From contig CAVRXM010000005.1 in NCBI GenBank assembly GCA_963725085.1, forward strand, positions 1,014,235-1,078,234: a DNA stretch of 64,000 nucleotides, in the 5' to 3' direction. A model generated the notes under the pieces. The model ran no database searches, had not been told where the DNA came from, and saw only the letters and a program-made list of their open reading frames with translations. The stretch is from an uncultured Solirubrobacterales bacterium. GTDB taxonomy: Bacteria; Actinomycetota; Thermoleophilia; Solirubrobacterales; 70-9. Shown here piece after piece: positions 53,167 through 62,409 of this stretch (positions within the stretch are counted from its first letter, which is position 1; the number at the start of each line of letters is the position of its first letter). The position numbers and the translations under genes were made by a program.

Positions 53167-54497
53167 GTGACGGTCGAGGAGCTGAAGAAGGCGGTCGCGG
53201 ACGGCACGGTCGACACCGTGCTGCTCGCGATCGCCGACATGGAGGGGCGGCTGCAGGGCAAGCGGCTGACCGCGACCCACTTCCTCGACGACATGCTCGA
53301 GCACGGCGCCGAGGGCTGCAACTACCTGCTCGCGGTCGACGTCGACATGGAAACGGTCGGCGGCTACGCGATGGCCTCCTGGGACACCGGCTACGGCGAC
53401 TTCCAGATGAAGCCCGACCTCGAGACGCTCTGCCCGGTCCCATGGCACCCGGGGACGGTGATGCTGATGGCCGACCTCGCAGTGGGAGGACGGGCGCGAA
53501 GTCGTCGCCTCGCCGCGCCAGATCCTGCGCCGCCAGCTCGCCCGCCTGGAGGAGCGCGGCCTCGCGCTCCAACGCCGGGACCGAGCTCGAGTTCATGGTC
53601 TTCCTCGACACCTACGAGGAGGCCTGGAAGAAGGGCTTCCGCGACCTCGAGCCGGCCAACCTCTACAACATCGACTACTCGCTGCTCGGCAGCGCCCGGG
53701 TCGAGCCGCTGATCCGCCGGATCCGCAACGAGATGGCGGCCGCCGGGCTGACGGTCGAGAACTCGAAGGGCGAGTGCAACCTCGGCCAGCACGAGATCAA
53801 CTTCCACTACGACGAGGCGCTGCGGACCGCCGACAACCACGCGATCTACAAGAACGGCGCCAAGGAGATCGCCGCCCAGGAGGGGCAGTCGATCAGCTTC
53901 ATGGCGAAGTTCAACGAGCGCGAGGGCAACTCGTGCCACATCCACTGCTCGCTGGCAGCCGAGGACGGCGCCAACGCGTTCGCCGCCGACCAGGCGCTGT
54001 TCGAGCGCTTCATCGCCGGCCAGATCGCCTGCATGGAGGAGCTGACGCTGTTCTACGCGCCGCACGTCAACTCCTACAAACGCTTCGCCCCGGGCTCCTT
54101 CGCGCCGACCGCGATCGCCTGGGGCCGCGACAACCGGACCTGCTCGCTGCGGGTCGTCGGCCACGGCGAGGCGCTGCGGGTCGAGAACCGGCTGCCGGGC
54201 GCCGACGTCAACCCCTACCTGGCGCTGAGCGCGATGATCGCCGCCGGCCTGCACGGGATCGAGAACGAGCTGACGCTCGAGCCGGTCTTCGAGGGCAACG
54301 CGTACGAGTCCGACAAGCCCCGCGTCCCGCGCAACATCTACGACGCCCGCGACGCGTTCGCCGAGAGCGAGGTCGCCCGCGACGCGTTCGGCGCCGACGT
54401 CGTCGACCACTACCTGAACCGGGCGCAGGTCGAGATCGACGCCTTCGAGTCCGCGGTCACCGACTGGGAGCGCTTCCGGGGCTTCGAGCGACTGTGA
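53167..54497 (+). pseudogene. glutamine synthetase-family ligase (gamma-glutamyl-amine synthetase candidate, GlnA3/GlnA4/PuuA-like), two frameshifts (near 53480 and 53570)
   Basis: N-terminal beta-grasp VDTVLLAIADMEGRLQGKRL...; catalytic domain GTELEFMVF, NSKGECNLGQHEINFHY, NSCHIHCSL, NSYKRFAPGSFAPTAIAWGRDNRTCSLRV, ENRLPGADVNPYLA. Confidence 0.85.
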
Positions 54498-54502
54498 GTG
54501 GA

Positions 54503-54548
54503 GAAATCGACACGGTGATCTCCGGTCGTTCGAATCCGGGTCGATTTC
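54503..54548 (+). promoter_or_regulatory. intercistronic stem-loop (9-bp perfect stem GAAATCGAC / GTCGATTTC, 28-nt loop with an inner CCGG...CCGG stem)
   Basis: Read directly. Lies between the GS-like stop (54497) and the hydrolase start (54574/54580). Confidence 0.4.
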
Positions 54549-54573
54549 GCAACGAACATTTAGGCGGAGCTGG

Positions 54574-55335
54574 GTGCGCATGGGTTCGCCGTCGATAGGC
54601 ATCTGCGCGGCGCTGGAGCGCGCCCGCTGGGGAGTCTGGGAGGAGACGGTGGCGCTCGCCCCGCGCTCCTACGCGACCGCGGTGCAGCGAGCCGGCGGGA
54701 CCGCGGTGCTGCTCCCGCCCGACGCCGCGGCCGAGGCCGAGCCCGACCGGGTGCTCGACCTGCTCGACGCGCTGATCCTCGCCGGCGGCTCCGACGTCGA
54801 CGCCGCCAGCTACGGGGCCGAGCCCCACCCCGAGACGAAGGGCATCTGGCCCGAGCGCGACAGCTTCGAGCTGGCGCTGGCGCGGCGGGCGATCGAGCGC
54901 GACATGCCGCTGCTCGGGATCTGCCGCGGGATGCAGATCCTCAACGTCGCCCGCGGCGGCACCCTCTGCCAGCACCTGCCCGAGGTCGTCGGCCACGAGC
55001 GCCACCGCGAGGTGCCCGGGACCTTCGGCGACCACGAGGTCGCGCTCGAGCCGGGCAGCCTCGCCGCCGAGGCGGCGGGGGGCGAGCGGGTCGGGGTGAA
55101 GTCGCACCACCACCAGGGGGTCGAGGAGGTCGGCGACGGGCTTGTGGTCAGCGGCCGCTCGGTCGAGGACGAGCTGGTCGAGGCGATCGAGCTGCCCGAC
55201 CGCAGCTTCGCCCTCGGCGTCATCTGGCACCCGGAGGAGGACGTCGATGACCGTGTGATCGCGGCGCTGGTCGCGGCCGCCCGGAGGGGATGTCGCAGTT
55301 CCCTCCCACAGGTGAAGGGAAGTGCGACAGCGTGA
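54574..55335 (+). CDS. gamma-glutamyl-gamma-aminobutyrate hydrolase family protein (PuuD-like, peptidase C26, class I amidotransferase fold)
   Basis: Intact ORF: [10 protein letters not shown], nucleophile context [27 protein letters not shown]. Confidence 0.85.
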   Translation: MRMGSPSIGICAALERARWGVWEETVALAPRSYATAVQRAGGTAVLLPPDAAAEAEPDRVLDLLDALILAGGSDVDAASYGAEPHPETKGIWPERDSFELALARRAIERDMPLLGICRGMQILNVARGGTLCQHLPEVVGHERHREVPGTFGDHEVALEPGSLAAEAAGGERVGVKSHHHQGVEEVGDGLVVSGRSVEDELVEAIELPDRSFALGVIWHPEEDVDDRVIAALVAAARRGCRSSLPQVKGSATA

Positions 55336-56702
55336 GCACGCTGAGCGTGATCGAGCCCGCGACCGAGCAGGAGCTGGCCGAGCTGCCGCGGGCCGGCGTC
55401 GAGGAGATCGACGCCGCGGTGGCGCGGGCAAGGGAGGCCTTCCCTGCCTGGCGCGCGGTCGCCCCCGCCGAGCGCTCGGCGATCCTCCACGACCTCGCCG
55501 ACGCGCTCGCCGAGAAGCGGCGAGGACCTGGCGCGGATCGAGGCGCGGAACGCCGGCAAGCCGATCGGCGACGCCCGCGGCGAGATCGGGAATGGTCGCC
55601 GAGACCTTCCGCTACTACGCCGGCGCGCCCGAGCGGCTGCTCGGGCAGACGATCCCGGTCGCCGGCGGCATCGACATGACCTTCCGCGAGCCGCTCGGCG
55701 TCGTCGGCCTGATCGTCCCCTGGAACTTCCCGCTGACGATCGCCTCCTGGAAGGTGGCGCCGGCGCTCGCCGCCGGCAACACGATCGTGCTGAAGCCGGC
55801 CGAGCTGACGCCGCTGAGCGCGCTCGAGCTGGAGCGGATCGCGGTCGACGCGGGCCTGCCCGGAGGGAGTGCTGAACGTCGTCGCCGGGCCCGGCAGCGT
55901 CTGCGGCCGGCGCCTGGTCGAGCACCCCGACGTCGCCAAGATCGCCTTCACCGGCTCGACCGAGGTCGGGCGCGGGATCGCGGCGGGAGCGGCGGCGACG
56001 ATCAAGCGGGTGACGCTCGAGCTCGGCGGCAAGTCGGCCAACATCGTCTTCGCCGACGCCGACCTCGCCGCCGCGGCCGCCTCGGCGCCGATGGCCGTCT
56101 TCGGCAACGCCGGCCAGGACTGCTGCGCCCGCTCGCGGATCCTGGTCGAGCGGGCCGCGATCGACGAGTTCATGGACGCGCTGCGGGGCGAGGTCGAGGG
56201 CATCCGGGTCGGCGATCCGCTCGACGAGCAGACGCAGATGGGGCCGCTGGTCTCGGCCGGCCAGCGCGAGCAGGTCGCCTCGTTCGTCCCCGACGACGCC
56301 CCGGTCGCGATCCGCGGCTCGGCGCCCGACGGACCCGGCTACTGGTTCCCGCCGACCGTCCTCGCCCCGGTCGACAACGACGACCGCGCCGCCCGCGAGG
56401 AGATCTTCGGCCCGGTCGCCTGCGTGATCCCGTTCGAGGGCGAGGAGGAGGCGGTCCGGCTCGCGAACGAGACGATCTACGGCCTCTCGGGCTCGGTCTG
56501 GACCCGCGACGGGGCGCGGGCGCTGCGGGTCGCGCGGGCGGTCGAGACCGGCGTCATCTCGATCAACTCGAACACCTCGGTCCGCGTCTCGACCCCGTTC
56601 GGCGGCTTCAAGCAGTCCGGCGTCGGTCGCGAGCTCGGCCCCGACGCGCTCGCCCACTACACCGAGGTCAAGAACGTCTACTACGCAACCGAGGAGGGCT
56701 GA
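55332..56702 (+). pseudogene. NAD(P)-dependent aldehyde dehydrogenase, three frameshifts (near 55515, 55590, 55865)
   Basis: [30 protein letters not shown]..., [40 protein letters not shown] (catalytic Cys), EEIFGPV. The GTG start overlaps the upstream stop. Confidence 0.85.
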
Positions 56703-57449
56703 TGCCAGGACGTCTGCAGGACAAGGTCTGCGTGATCACCGGCGCCGCCAGCGGGATCGGCGCCGAGACCGCGCGGCTGTTCGCGGCCGAGGGCGCGCGT
56801 GTCGTCGGGATCGACCTCGACGCCGAGACCGAGGGCGAGCTCTCGATCCAGGCCAACGTCGCCGACGAGGACCAGGTCCGCGACGCCTACGCCCGCGCCC
56901 GCGAGGAGATGGGCCGGATCGACGTCCTGATGAACAACGCCGGCATCAACCCGACCGACGACGAGTCGGTCCTCGACACCTCGCTCGAGGCCTGGCAGCG
57001 GGTCCAGGACGTCAACCTGCGCGGCGTCTTCCTCTGCTGCAAGCACGGCATCCCCCACCTGCTCGCCGGCGAGGGCGGCTCGGTCGTCAACGTCGCCTCG
57101 TTCGTCGCCGTCCTCGGCGCCGCCGTCTCGCAGATCTCCTACACGGCCTCGAAGGGCGGCGTGCTCTCGCTCTCGCGCGAGCTCGGGGTCGAGTTCGCGC
57201 GCCGCGGGGTGCGGGTCAACGCGCTCTGCCCGGGGCCGGTCAACACGCCGCTGCTCGAGGAGCTCTTCGCCTCCGACCCCGAGAAAGCCCGGCGGCGCCT
57301 GGTCCACGTGCCGATGGGCCGGTTCGGCCTCGCCGAGGAGATCGCCGCCGCGGCGCTGTTCCTCGCCAGCGACGAGTCCTCGTTCGTCACCGCCTCCTCG
57401 ATGATGGTCGACGGCGGCATCTCCGGCCGCCTACGTCACCCCCGAGTAG
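56702..57449 (+). pseudogene. SDR family oxidoreductase; 3' end probably displaced by a 1-nt indel near 57425
   Basis: [30 protein letters not shown]. In the given frame the ORF reads through to 57586, antisense to the next gene. One frame over it ends ...YVTPE at TAG 57447-57449. The ATG overlaps the upstream stop. Confidence 0.8.
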
Positions 57450-58149
57450 CGGCAGCGGCGAGCTCGAAGAAGCGGGCGCAGAGGGCGCGGCCGATCTCGT
57501 TCCAGGCGCCGATCTTCTCGCTGATCTCGGCGGCGAGCGCGTCGGGGTCGACGCCGATCGCGACCGCGTCGGGGTCGGAGCGGTAGTCGGCGGTCCACTT
57601 CAGCGCGTCGCGCTCGCTGACCTCGGCATGGAACTGGATCGCCCAGGCCACCGGGCCGAACCGCGCCGCCTGGGCGCAGACCTCGCTCCGCGCGATCGCT
57701 GCGCCGCGGTCGATCCCCATCTCGTAGCTGTGCCACTGGAAGGCCTCGAAGGACTCCGGGAGCGCGCCGATCAGCGGGTCTTCGGCGCCGCCGCCGGTGC
57801 GCTCGACCCGGTGCCACCCGATCTCCGGCCGCGGCGCTCGCCGCGGCCCCTCCCCCGCCGCTTCGGCCAGGAGCTGGGCGCCGAGGCAGACTCCGAGCAG
57901 CGGCACCTCGTTGACGAGCAGCGCGCGGAGGAGGAGCTTCTGGTCGGCGAGCCACCGGTGCTCCTCCACGTCGTCGACGTTCATCGCGCCGCCGAGGACG
58001 ATCGCCGCGTCGTAGCCGTGGGGATCGGCCGGCGGATCGCCGCCCTCTGCGATCAACCACTCCTCGAGCTCGTCGCCCCGCGCCGCGGCCGCCTCGGCGA
58101 ACACGCCCGGGCCGGCGTCGGCCTCCTGGACTATCGCCAGAACCCGCAT
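57436..58149 (-). CDS. type 1 glutamine amidotransferase domain protein
   Basis: Intact 237-aa ORF: [15 protein letters not shown] nucleophile elbow, AIQFHAE. Confidence 0.8.
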   Translation of the reverse strand: MRVLAIVQEADAGPGVFAEAAAARGDELEEWLIAEGGDPPADPHGYDAAIVLGGAMNVDDVEEHRWLADQKLLLRALLVNEVPLLGVCLGAQLLAEAAGEGPRRAPRPEIGWHRVERTGGGAEDPLIGALPESFEAFQWHSYEMGIDRGAAIARSEVCAQAARFGPVAWAIQFHAEVSERDALKWTADYRSDPDAVAIGVDPDALAAEISEKIGAWNEIGRALCARFFELAAAATRG

Positions 58150-58167
58150 GCCGCGCTCACCCTCGCA

Positions 58168-60007
58168 CTATTCGGTTGCGTGAAGGTTCCAGTGCTGGAC
58201 GTATACCGATTCGAACGGGCTTTCATCGACGGTGCCGGAGAAGTCGATTCCGTCGGTCGATTCCTGACCCGAGGGCGAAAACGTATAGAGGGGCGTGAGT
58301 GGGTATTCCGTGCCTTCGAGTTCTGCTTCCTGTGATGCTTTGTTGCAGTTGATGCGGGTGATGTTCAGCGCTTCAAACGGCATCGAGACGCTGATCGAGT
58401 ATTCGTAGGGCGCCCCTCCTTCTTTGCCTAGTGGGGTGATTTCCATCGAGCCACCTGGCAATTTTCTGTTCGAATTCGAGCCCTGCTGTTGGCAGCCGCT
58501 GATGCCGGAGCCGTCGAGCCCCGATGCCGTGATCGTGACTTCGCCTGAGATCAGGGTGTAGTAGTCCGCGCCTTCGATCGTCCCGAACCGGTTGAATTCC
58601 ACGTTCCCGCTCCAGATCTGAACCGTCCGGCCTTCGACGCTGGGGGGGCCCTTGAATTCCCCGTTGAAGGTCCCGACGATGTGGTTGCGTCCGGGCGGGG
58701 CAATCGGCTGCGTCCAGGTCTTCTGTCCAACCCCTGCGGTTGACGTCACTTTGACCAGGACTCGCACCTGATCTCCAGCCGGGCTATTGCTGACCGTGTA
58801 CTGGATCGTCGGCGACGCATCCTGCGATGCCAGTCGGCGAGAACTCGGCGTTGAACGGCGCCAGCAGGGTCCACCTCGCTTCGGTCGCCCTACCCCCGTC
58901 GGCCCGCGCCTTTGCGTAGATGCCGAGCTGTTTGGCGTCGCCCTTTTTCAATTTGATCGCATTGCTGTCGGGATTGAAGACCGGTTCCGCGCAGTTGGGC
59001 TGACGATCGAAGCTGCTCCAGCGTTCCTCGGCGCTCTTGTAGCTGTCGATCGCGGATTTAGCGGTGTTGGCGAACGACTCCGCCCCGGAATCGGGCTTGA
59101 GCGGGTCGCCGAAGAAGACGACGCTGGCCTGGTTGGGGTCGTAATGGGCACTCGGCATCGGGATGTGGACCTTCCGCGTGACCCCGCCCCTGATCACGAT
59201 CGGATAACCCTCTGTGGTGGCGACGATGAATAGTTCCTCGGTGTGCTCGACGTCGATCGACTTGAGTTTGGCGTCCGGCCCGACCACACCGTGGATCTTC
59301 GCTTTCTGTTCGAAGTTGGTTGTGTTCCGCGAGTACACCCGGCTCGAGCTGCGAATTTCGAAGGTAACGCTGAATTCGCCGCGGCCTTTGCCGTCGACGA
59401 TGCCGTTGGCGGTCGGGCACTCGGGGATGTTGAAGGCGGTGACGCCCCCGCAGGAGACGAAGGTGATCTTCGCGTGCAGGCCGCCGCCGATCGGGACATC
59501 CATGTAGCCGCCGTTGTCCCCCAGCATGCCCACCGAGGCGCCTTCAAAGCCCCCGGTGGGTCCCGCCGGCCCTGGGTGGCAGCCGGCCGAGGCGAGCGCG
59601 GGGCCGGGCGGGAATGACGAAGATCTGGCGCTCCCCGACCTGCGGTCGATGAAGGTCAGCGCCTTCGGCGCGACCTTGAGGAGTTTCTTCTCCGCCCGCT
59701 TGGCCGCCGCGCGGAAACCGCTCTGAAGCTTCCTGACCCGTTTGCGCTTCCCGCCCTTCACCGCGCTTGCCGGGTCGAATTTCAGGACCTGCTGGATGTA
59801 GGTGAGCCTGGTGTCGATCGCCTGCGGCGGCGGCAAGACCTTGGCAAGCGGCAGGCAGGCGCTCTTCTTCCCGACCTTTACCGCCACTTTGTTCCCTTTG
59901 CAGGTGACTTTCTTCCCCTTCGCCGACGCGGCCGGCGCAAGCGCGGTAGCCGCGACCAGGACGAGCGACGCGAGGACGAGCAGCCGGCACCCCGTGGGGA
60001 ACCTCAT
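58168..60007 (-). pseudogene. large secreted protein of unknown function (about 610 aa), GC-poor relative to the surroundings, one frameshift near 58800
   Basis: Signal peptide MRFPTGCRLLVLASLVLVAATALAPAASA. The 407-aa ORF continues after ...FNAEFSPTG in another frame as SQDASPTIQYTVSNSPAGDQVRVLVKVTS..., which is the 199-aa ORF. A 100-nt sample I counted has 55% GC. No family recognised. Confidence 0.6.
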
Positions 60008-60051
60008 CCGAGCCAGGGTAGCCGCAGCCCGCGAACCCGTCCAGTCCGTTG

Positions 60052-60101
60052 GACGTGCCGTGAGTTAGCCGCCCATATGGGCGGCTAACTCACGGCACGT
60101 C
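60052..60101. repeat. 50-bp perfect palindrome (candidate hairpin terminator of the rhomboid gene)
   Basis: GACGTGCCGTGAGTTAGCCGCCCAT/ATGGGCGGCTAACTCACGGCACGTC. Its right end overlaps the rhomboid stop codon (60100-60102). No T-tract on either side. Confidence 0.7.
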
Positions 60102-60918
60102 AGGCGATCGTGATCGCGGCGGCGATCGAGAAGAAGCCGACAGCGGCCATGCCGAGGATCTCGGCGGCGCGGGGGTTGGGGCCGAGGTTGCCGCGCTCGC
60201 CGGCGACGATGAAGAGGGCGCAGATGAAACCGCCGACGATCCCGCCGAGGTGGCCGCCGATGCTGATCCCGGGGACGCCGAAGGTGAGGCCGAGGTTGAT
60301 GAGGAGGATCACCCCGAGCTCCGAGGCGAGGGCATTGAGCCCGCGGCCGCGGGCGATCACGAAGGCGGCGCCGAAGAGGCCGAAGATCGCGCCCGAGGCT
60401 CCGACCGTGAGCTCGTTCGGGCTGGTCAGGGCAATCGCGCCGAAGGCGCCGGCGAAGAGCGAGGCGAAGTAGAGGGCCACGAAGCGCGGGGTGCCGATCG
60501 CCGGCTCGAGCAGGCGGCCGAGGACGAAGAGGGCGAACATGTTGAAGCCGATGTGGAAGAGCCCGGCGTGGAGGAAGCCGCCGGTCAGCAGCCGGTACCA
60601 CTCGCCGTCGGCGACCGCGTTCCCCTGCAGGGCGAAGTTGGATATCACCGAGCCGCTGGTGCCGCTCAGCCCGCCGGCCCCACTCGCGATCTCGGCCAGG
60701 TAGGCGGCGACGTTGAGCGCGATCAGGACGATCGTCGCCGTGTAGCCGGTCGGTTCCAGCGCGGCCGCTCCGCGCCGCACCTGGGTCCGCTGGTTGGCGC
60801 ACTCGGGGCAGCGCATCCCGACCGGGGTCGGCGTCATGCACTCGGGACAGATCGGGCGCCCGCAGGAGGAGCAGGAGACGCGGGTCTCGCGATCGGGGTG
60901 GCGGTAGCAGGTGGCCAT
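60100..60918 (-). CDS. rhomboid family intramembrane serine protease with N-terminal double CxxC zinc ribbon
   Basis: CYRHPDRETRVSCSSCGRPICPEC...RCPEC; WYRLLTGGFLHAGLFHIGFNMF; GASGAIFG catalytic Ser; GGHLGG catalytic His. Confidence 0.9.
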   Translation of the reverse strand: MATCYRHPDRETRVSCSSCGRPICPECMTPTPVGMRCPECANQRTQVRRGAAALEPTGYTATIVLIALNVAAYLAEIASGAGGLSGTSGSVISNFALQGNAVADGEWYRLLTGGFLHAGLFHIGFNMFALFVLGRLLEPAIGTPRFVALYFASLFAGAFGAIALTSPNELTVGASGAIFGLFGAAFVIARGRGLNALASELGVILLINLGLTFGVPGISIGGHLGGIVGGFICALFIVAGERGNLGPNPRAAEILGMAAVGFFSIAAAITIA

Positions 60919-60947
60919 CGAGCTGCGGAGCCTACAATCGCGGCGTC

Positions 60948-61409
60948 TTGGCCCCCAGCAAAGAGACCCGAATGGAGCCCCCGAGCCCGGCCCGGCTCTA
61001 CGCGTCGCTGGCCGGCGCCCTGCTGGTGATGCTCGGCATCCTCGGCTTCTTCTACAGCGCCTCCTTCGGCAGCCCGGGAGAGGTCGACGACATGCTCGGC
61101 GCCTTCGCCGTCAACGGCTGGCTCAACGTCATCCACATCGCCCTCGGCGCAATTGGCCTCCTCGTCGCCGGCTTCGCCTCGCGCTCCTACTCGCTCTGGC
61201 TCGGCCTCGTGCTGGTCGTCCTCGGCGTCTGGGGCTTCGTCGTCGGCAGCGGCGACGCGATTCTCGGCTTCATCCCCACCAACACCGGTGACAACCTGCT
61301 CCACCTCGTTCTCGGCGCGCTCGGCCTCGCCGCCGCGGCCGCGACACCGCGACGGGTCGCGTCGGCGGACTCGACCGGCGCCCGGCGCCCGGCCGAGTCG
61401 GTCGAGTAG
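60948..61409 (+). CDS. DUF4383-like small membrane protein
   Basis: LYASLAGALLVMLGILGFF, AVNGWLNVIHIALG and DNLLHLVLGALGL are typical of this family. The start may be the ATG at 60972. Confidence 0.7.
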   Translation: MAPSKETRMEPPSPARLYASLAGALLVMLGILGFFYSASFGSPGEVDDMLGAFAVNGWLNVIHIALGAIGLLVAGFASRSYSLWLGLVLVVLGVWGFVVGSGDAILGFIPTNTGDNLLHLVLGALGLAAAAATPRRVASADSTGARRPAESVE

Positions 61410-61444
61410 AGCCGCGGAGCGCGACCGGGGCGAGCGTGGCGGGA

Positions 61445-61792
61445 CTAGGGCCGGACGCGGCCGGCGATCGAGCGCAGGCCGCCCTTGGTCTGCTGGCGGC
61501 CGCGGCGGCGCATCTCGAGCAGGACGAGGGCGCCGGTCGCGACGCCGCCGGCACCGACCGCGATCACCGGCCGGACCCAGTTGCGGGGGTCGCGAAGAGC
61601 CCGCAGCTCGCTCTCGGAGAGCTCCTCGGCCCAGTCGGAGAGCTCCTCGGCCGCGGCGGCGGTCACCGCGGCCAGCGTGTCCTCGACCCGCCCGGAGAGG
61701 CGCTCGGGCGGCTCGATCGGCCGCAGCGCGTCCGAGAGCAGGCGCTCGAACTCGCCCGGGAATGCGGATTCGGCGGTTTCACTCATCGTCAC
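61445..61792 (-). CDS. putative anti-sigma factor (single-pass membrane protein downstream of the ECF sigma gene)
   Basis: 115-aa ORF overlapping the sigma gene stop by 14 nt, with a C-terminal TM helix PVIAVGAGGVATGALVLL. Function inferred from position only. Confidence 0.5.
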   Translation of the reverse strand: MTMSETAESAFPGEFERLLSDALRPIEPPERLSGRVEDTLAAVTAAAAEELSDWAEELSESELRALRDPRNWVRPVIAVGAGGVATGALVLLEMRRRGRQQTKGGLRSIAGRVRP

Positions 61793-62342
61793 CCATCTCC
61801 TCCTGGAGCTGTTTGATCGCGCGATGTATCAACACCTTGGTCGCCCCGTCGGTGCGACCCAGAGCGCGGGCGATCTCGCGGTTGTCCATGCCAAGGGCGA
61901 AGCGCATGATCAGCGCATCGCGCCGGTCGTCGGGCAGCTTGTCGAGATGCTCCATCACCTGGCGCAGCTCCTCGCGGCCGGCGGCGATCGCCTCGGTCCC
62001 GTGCTGGGTCGGGATCGGGTCGGCGCTCTCGAGCGAGGTCTGCGGCCGCCGCGAGCGGTCGCGGTAGAAGTTGAGCGCGAGATTGTGGGCGATCCGGATC
62101 AGCCACGGCCGCAGCGGCCGCCCGTCGGACTCGGCCCGCGCTCGCGGGAAGTGCCGGTAGGCCTGCAGAAAGGCCTGCTCGGTCAGGTCCTCGGCGTCGT
62201 GCGGGTTGCCGACCCGGTAGTAGGCGTAGGAGTAGACGTCGCGCAGATGGGTCCGGTAGAGGTCCTCGAACGCGCGGTCGATCTCCGCCTTCTCGGCCGG
62301 GTCGAGGCTCGCCGGTTCGACGTTCTCCGAGGCCGCGCTCAC
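61779..62342 (-). CDS. ECF-type RNA polymerase sigma-70 family factor
   Basis: Region 2 FEDLYRTHLRDVYSYAYYRVGNPHDAEDLTEQAFLQAY, WLIRIAHNLALNFYR; region 4 LPDDRRDALIMRFALGMDNREIARALGRTDGATKVLIHRAIKQL. Confidence 0.9.
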   Translation of the reverse strand: MSAASENVEPASLDPAEKAEIDRAFEDLYRTHLRDVYSYAYYRVGNPHDAEDLTEQAFLQAYRHFPRARAESDGRPLRPWLIRIAHNLALNFYRDRSRRPQTSLESADPIPTQHGTEAIAAGREELRQVMEHLDKLPDDRRDALIMRFALGMDNREIARALGRTDGATKVLIHRAIKQLQEEMGDDE

Positions 62343-62409
62343 GACAACACCTCGTGCTTCGCTCGCTCGCTCTCATAATCCCCGGAAATCTCGCTCGCTC
62401 GCTCCGCAC

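Noticed and set aside
54520-54545. tRNA-like T-loop word GGTCGTTCGAATCCGGG
   Set aside because: The flanks do not form a 5-bp T-stem, and no acceptor, D or anticodon arms can be drawn. The word sits inside the intercistronic hairpin instead.
57450-57586. C-terminal extension of the SDR ORF to 57586
   Set aside because: The extension is antisense to the well-supported GATase1 gene and is Arg/Ala/Ser-rich. A one-frame shift gives a normal SDR end at 57449.
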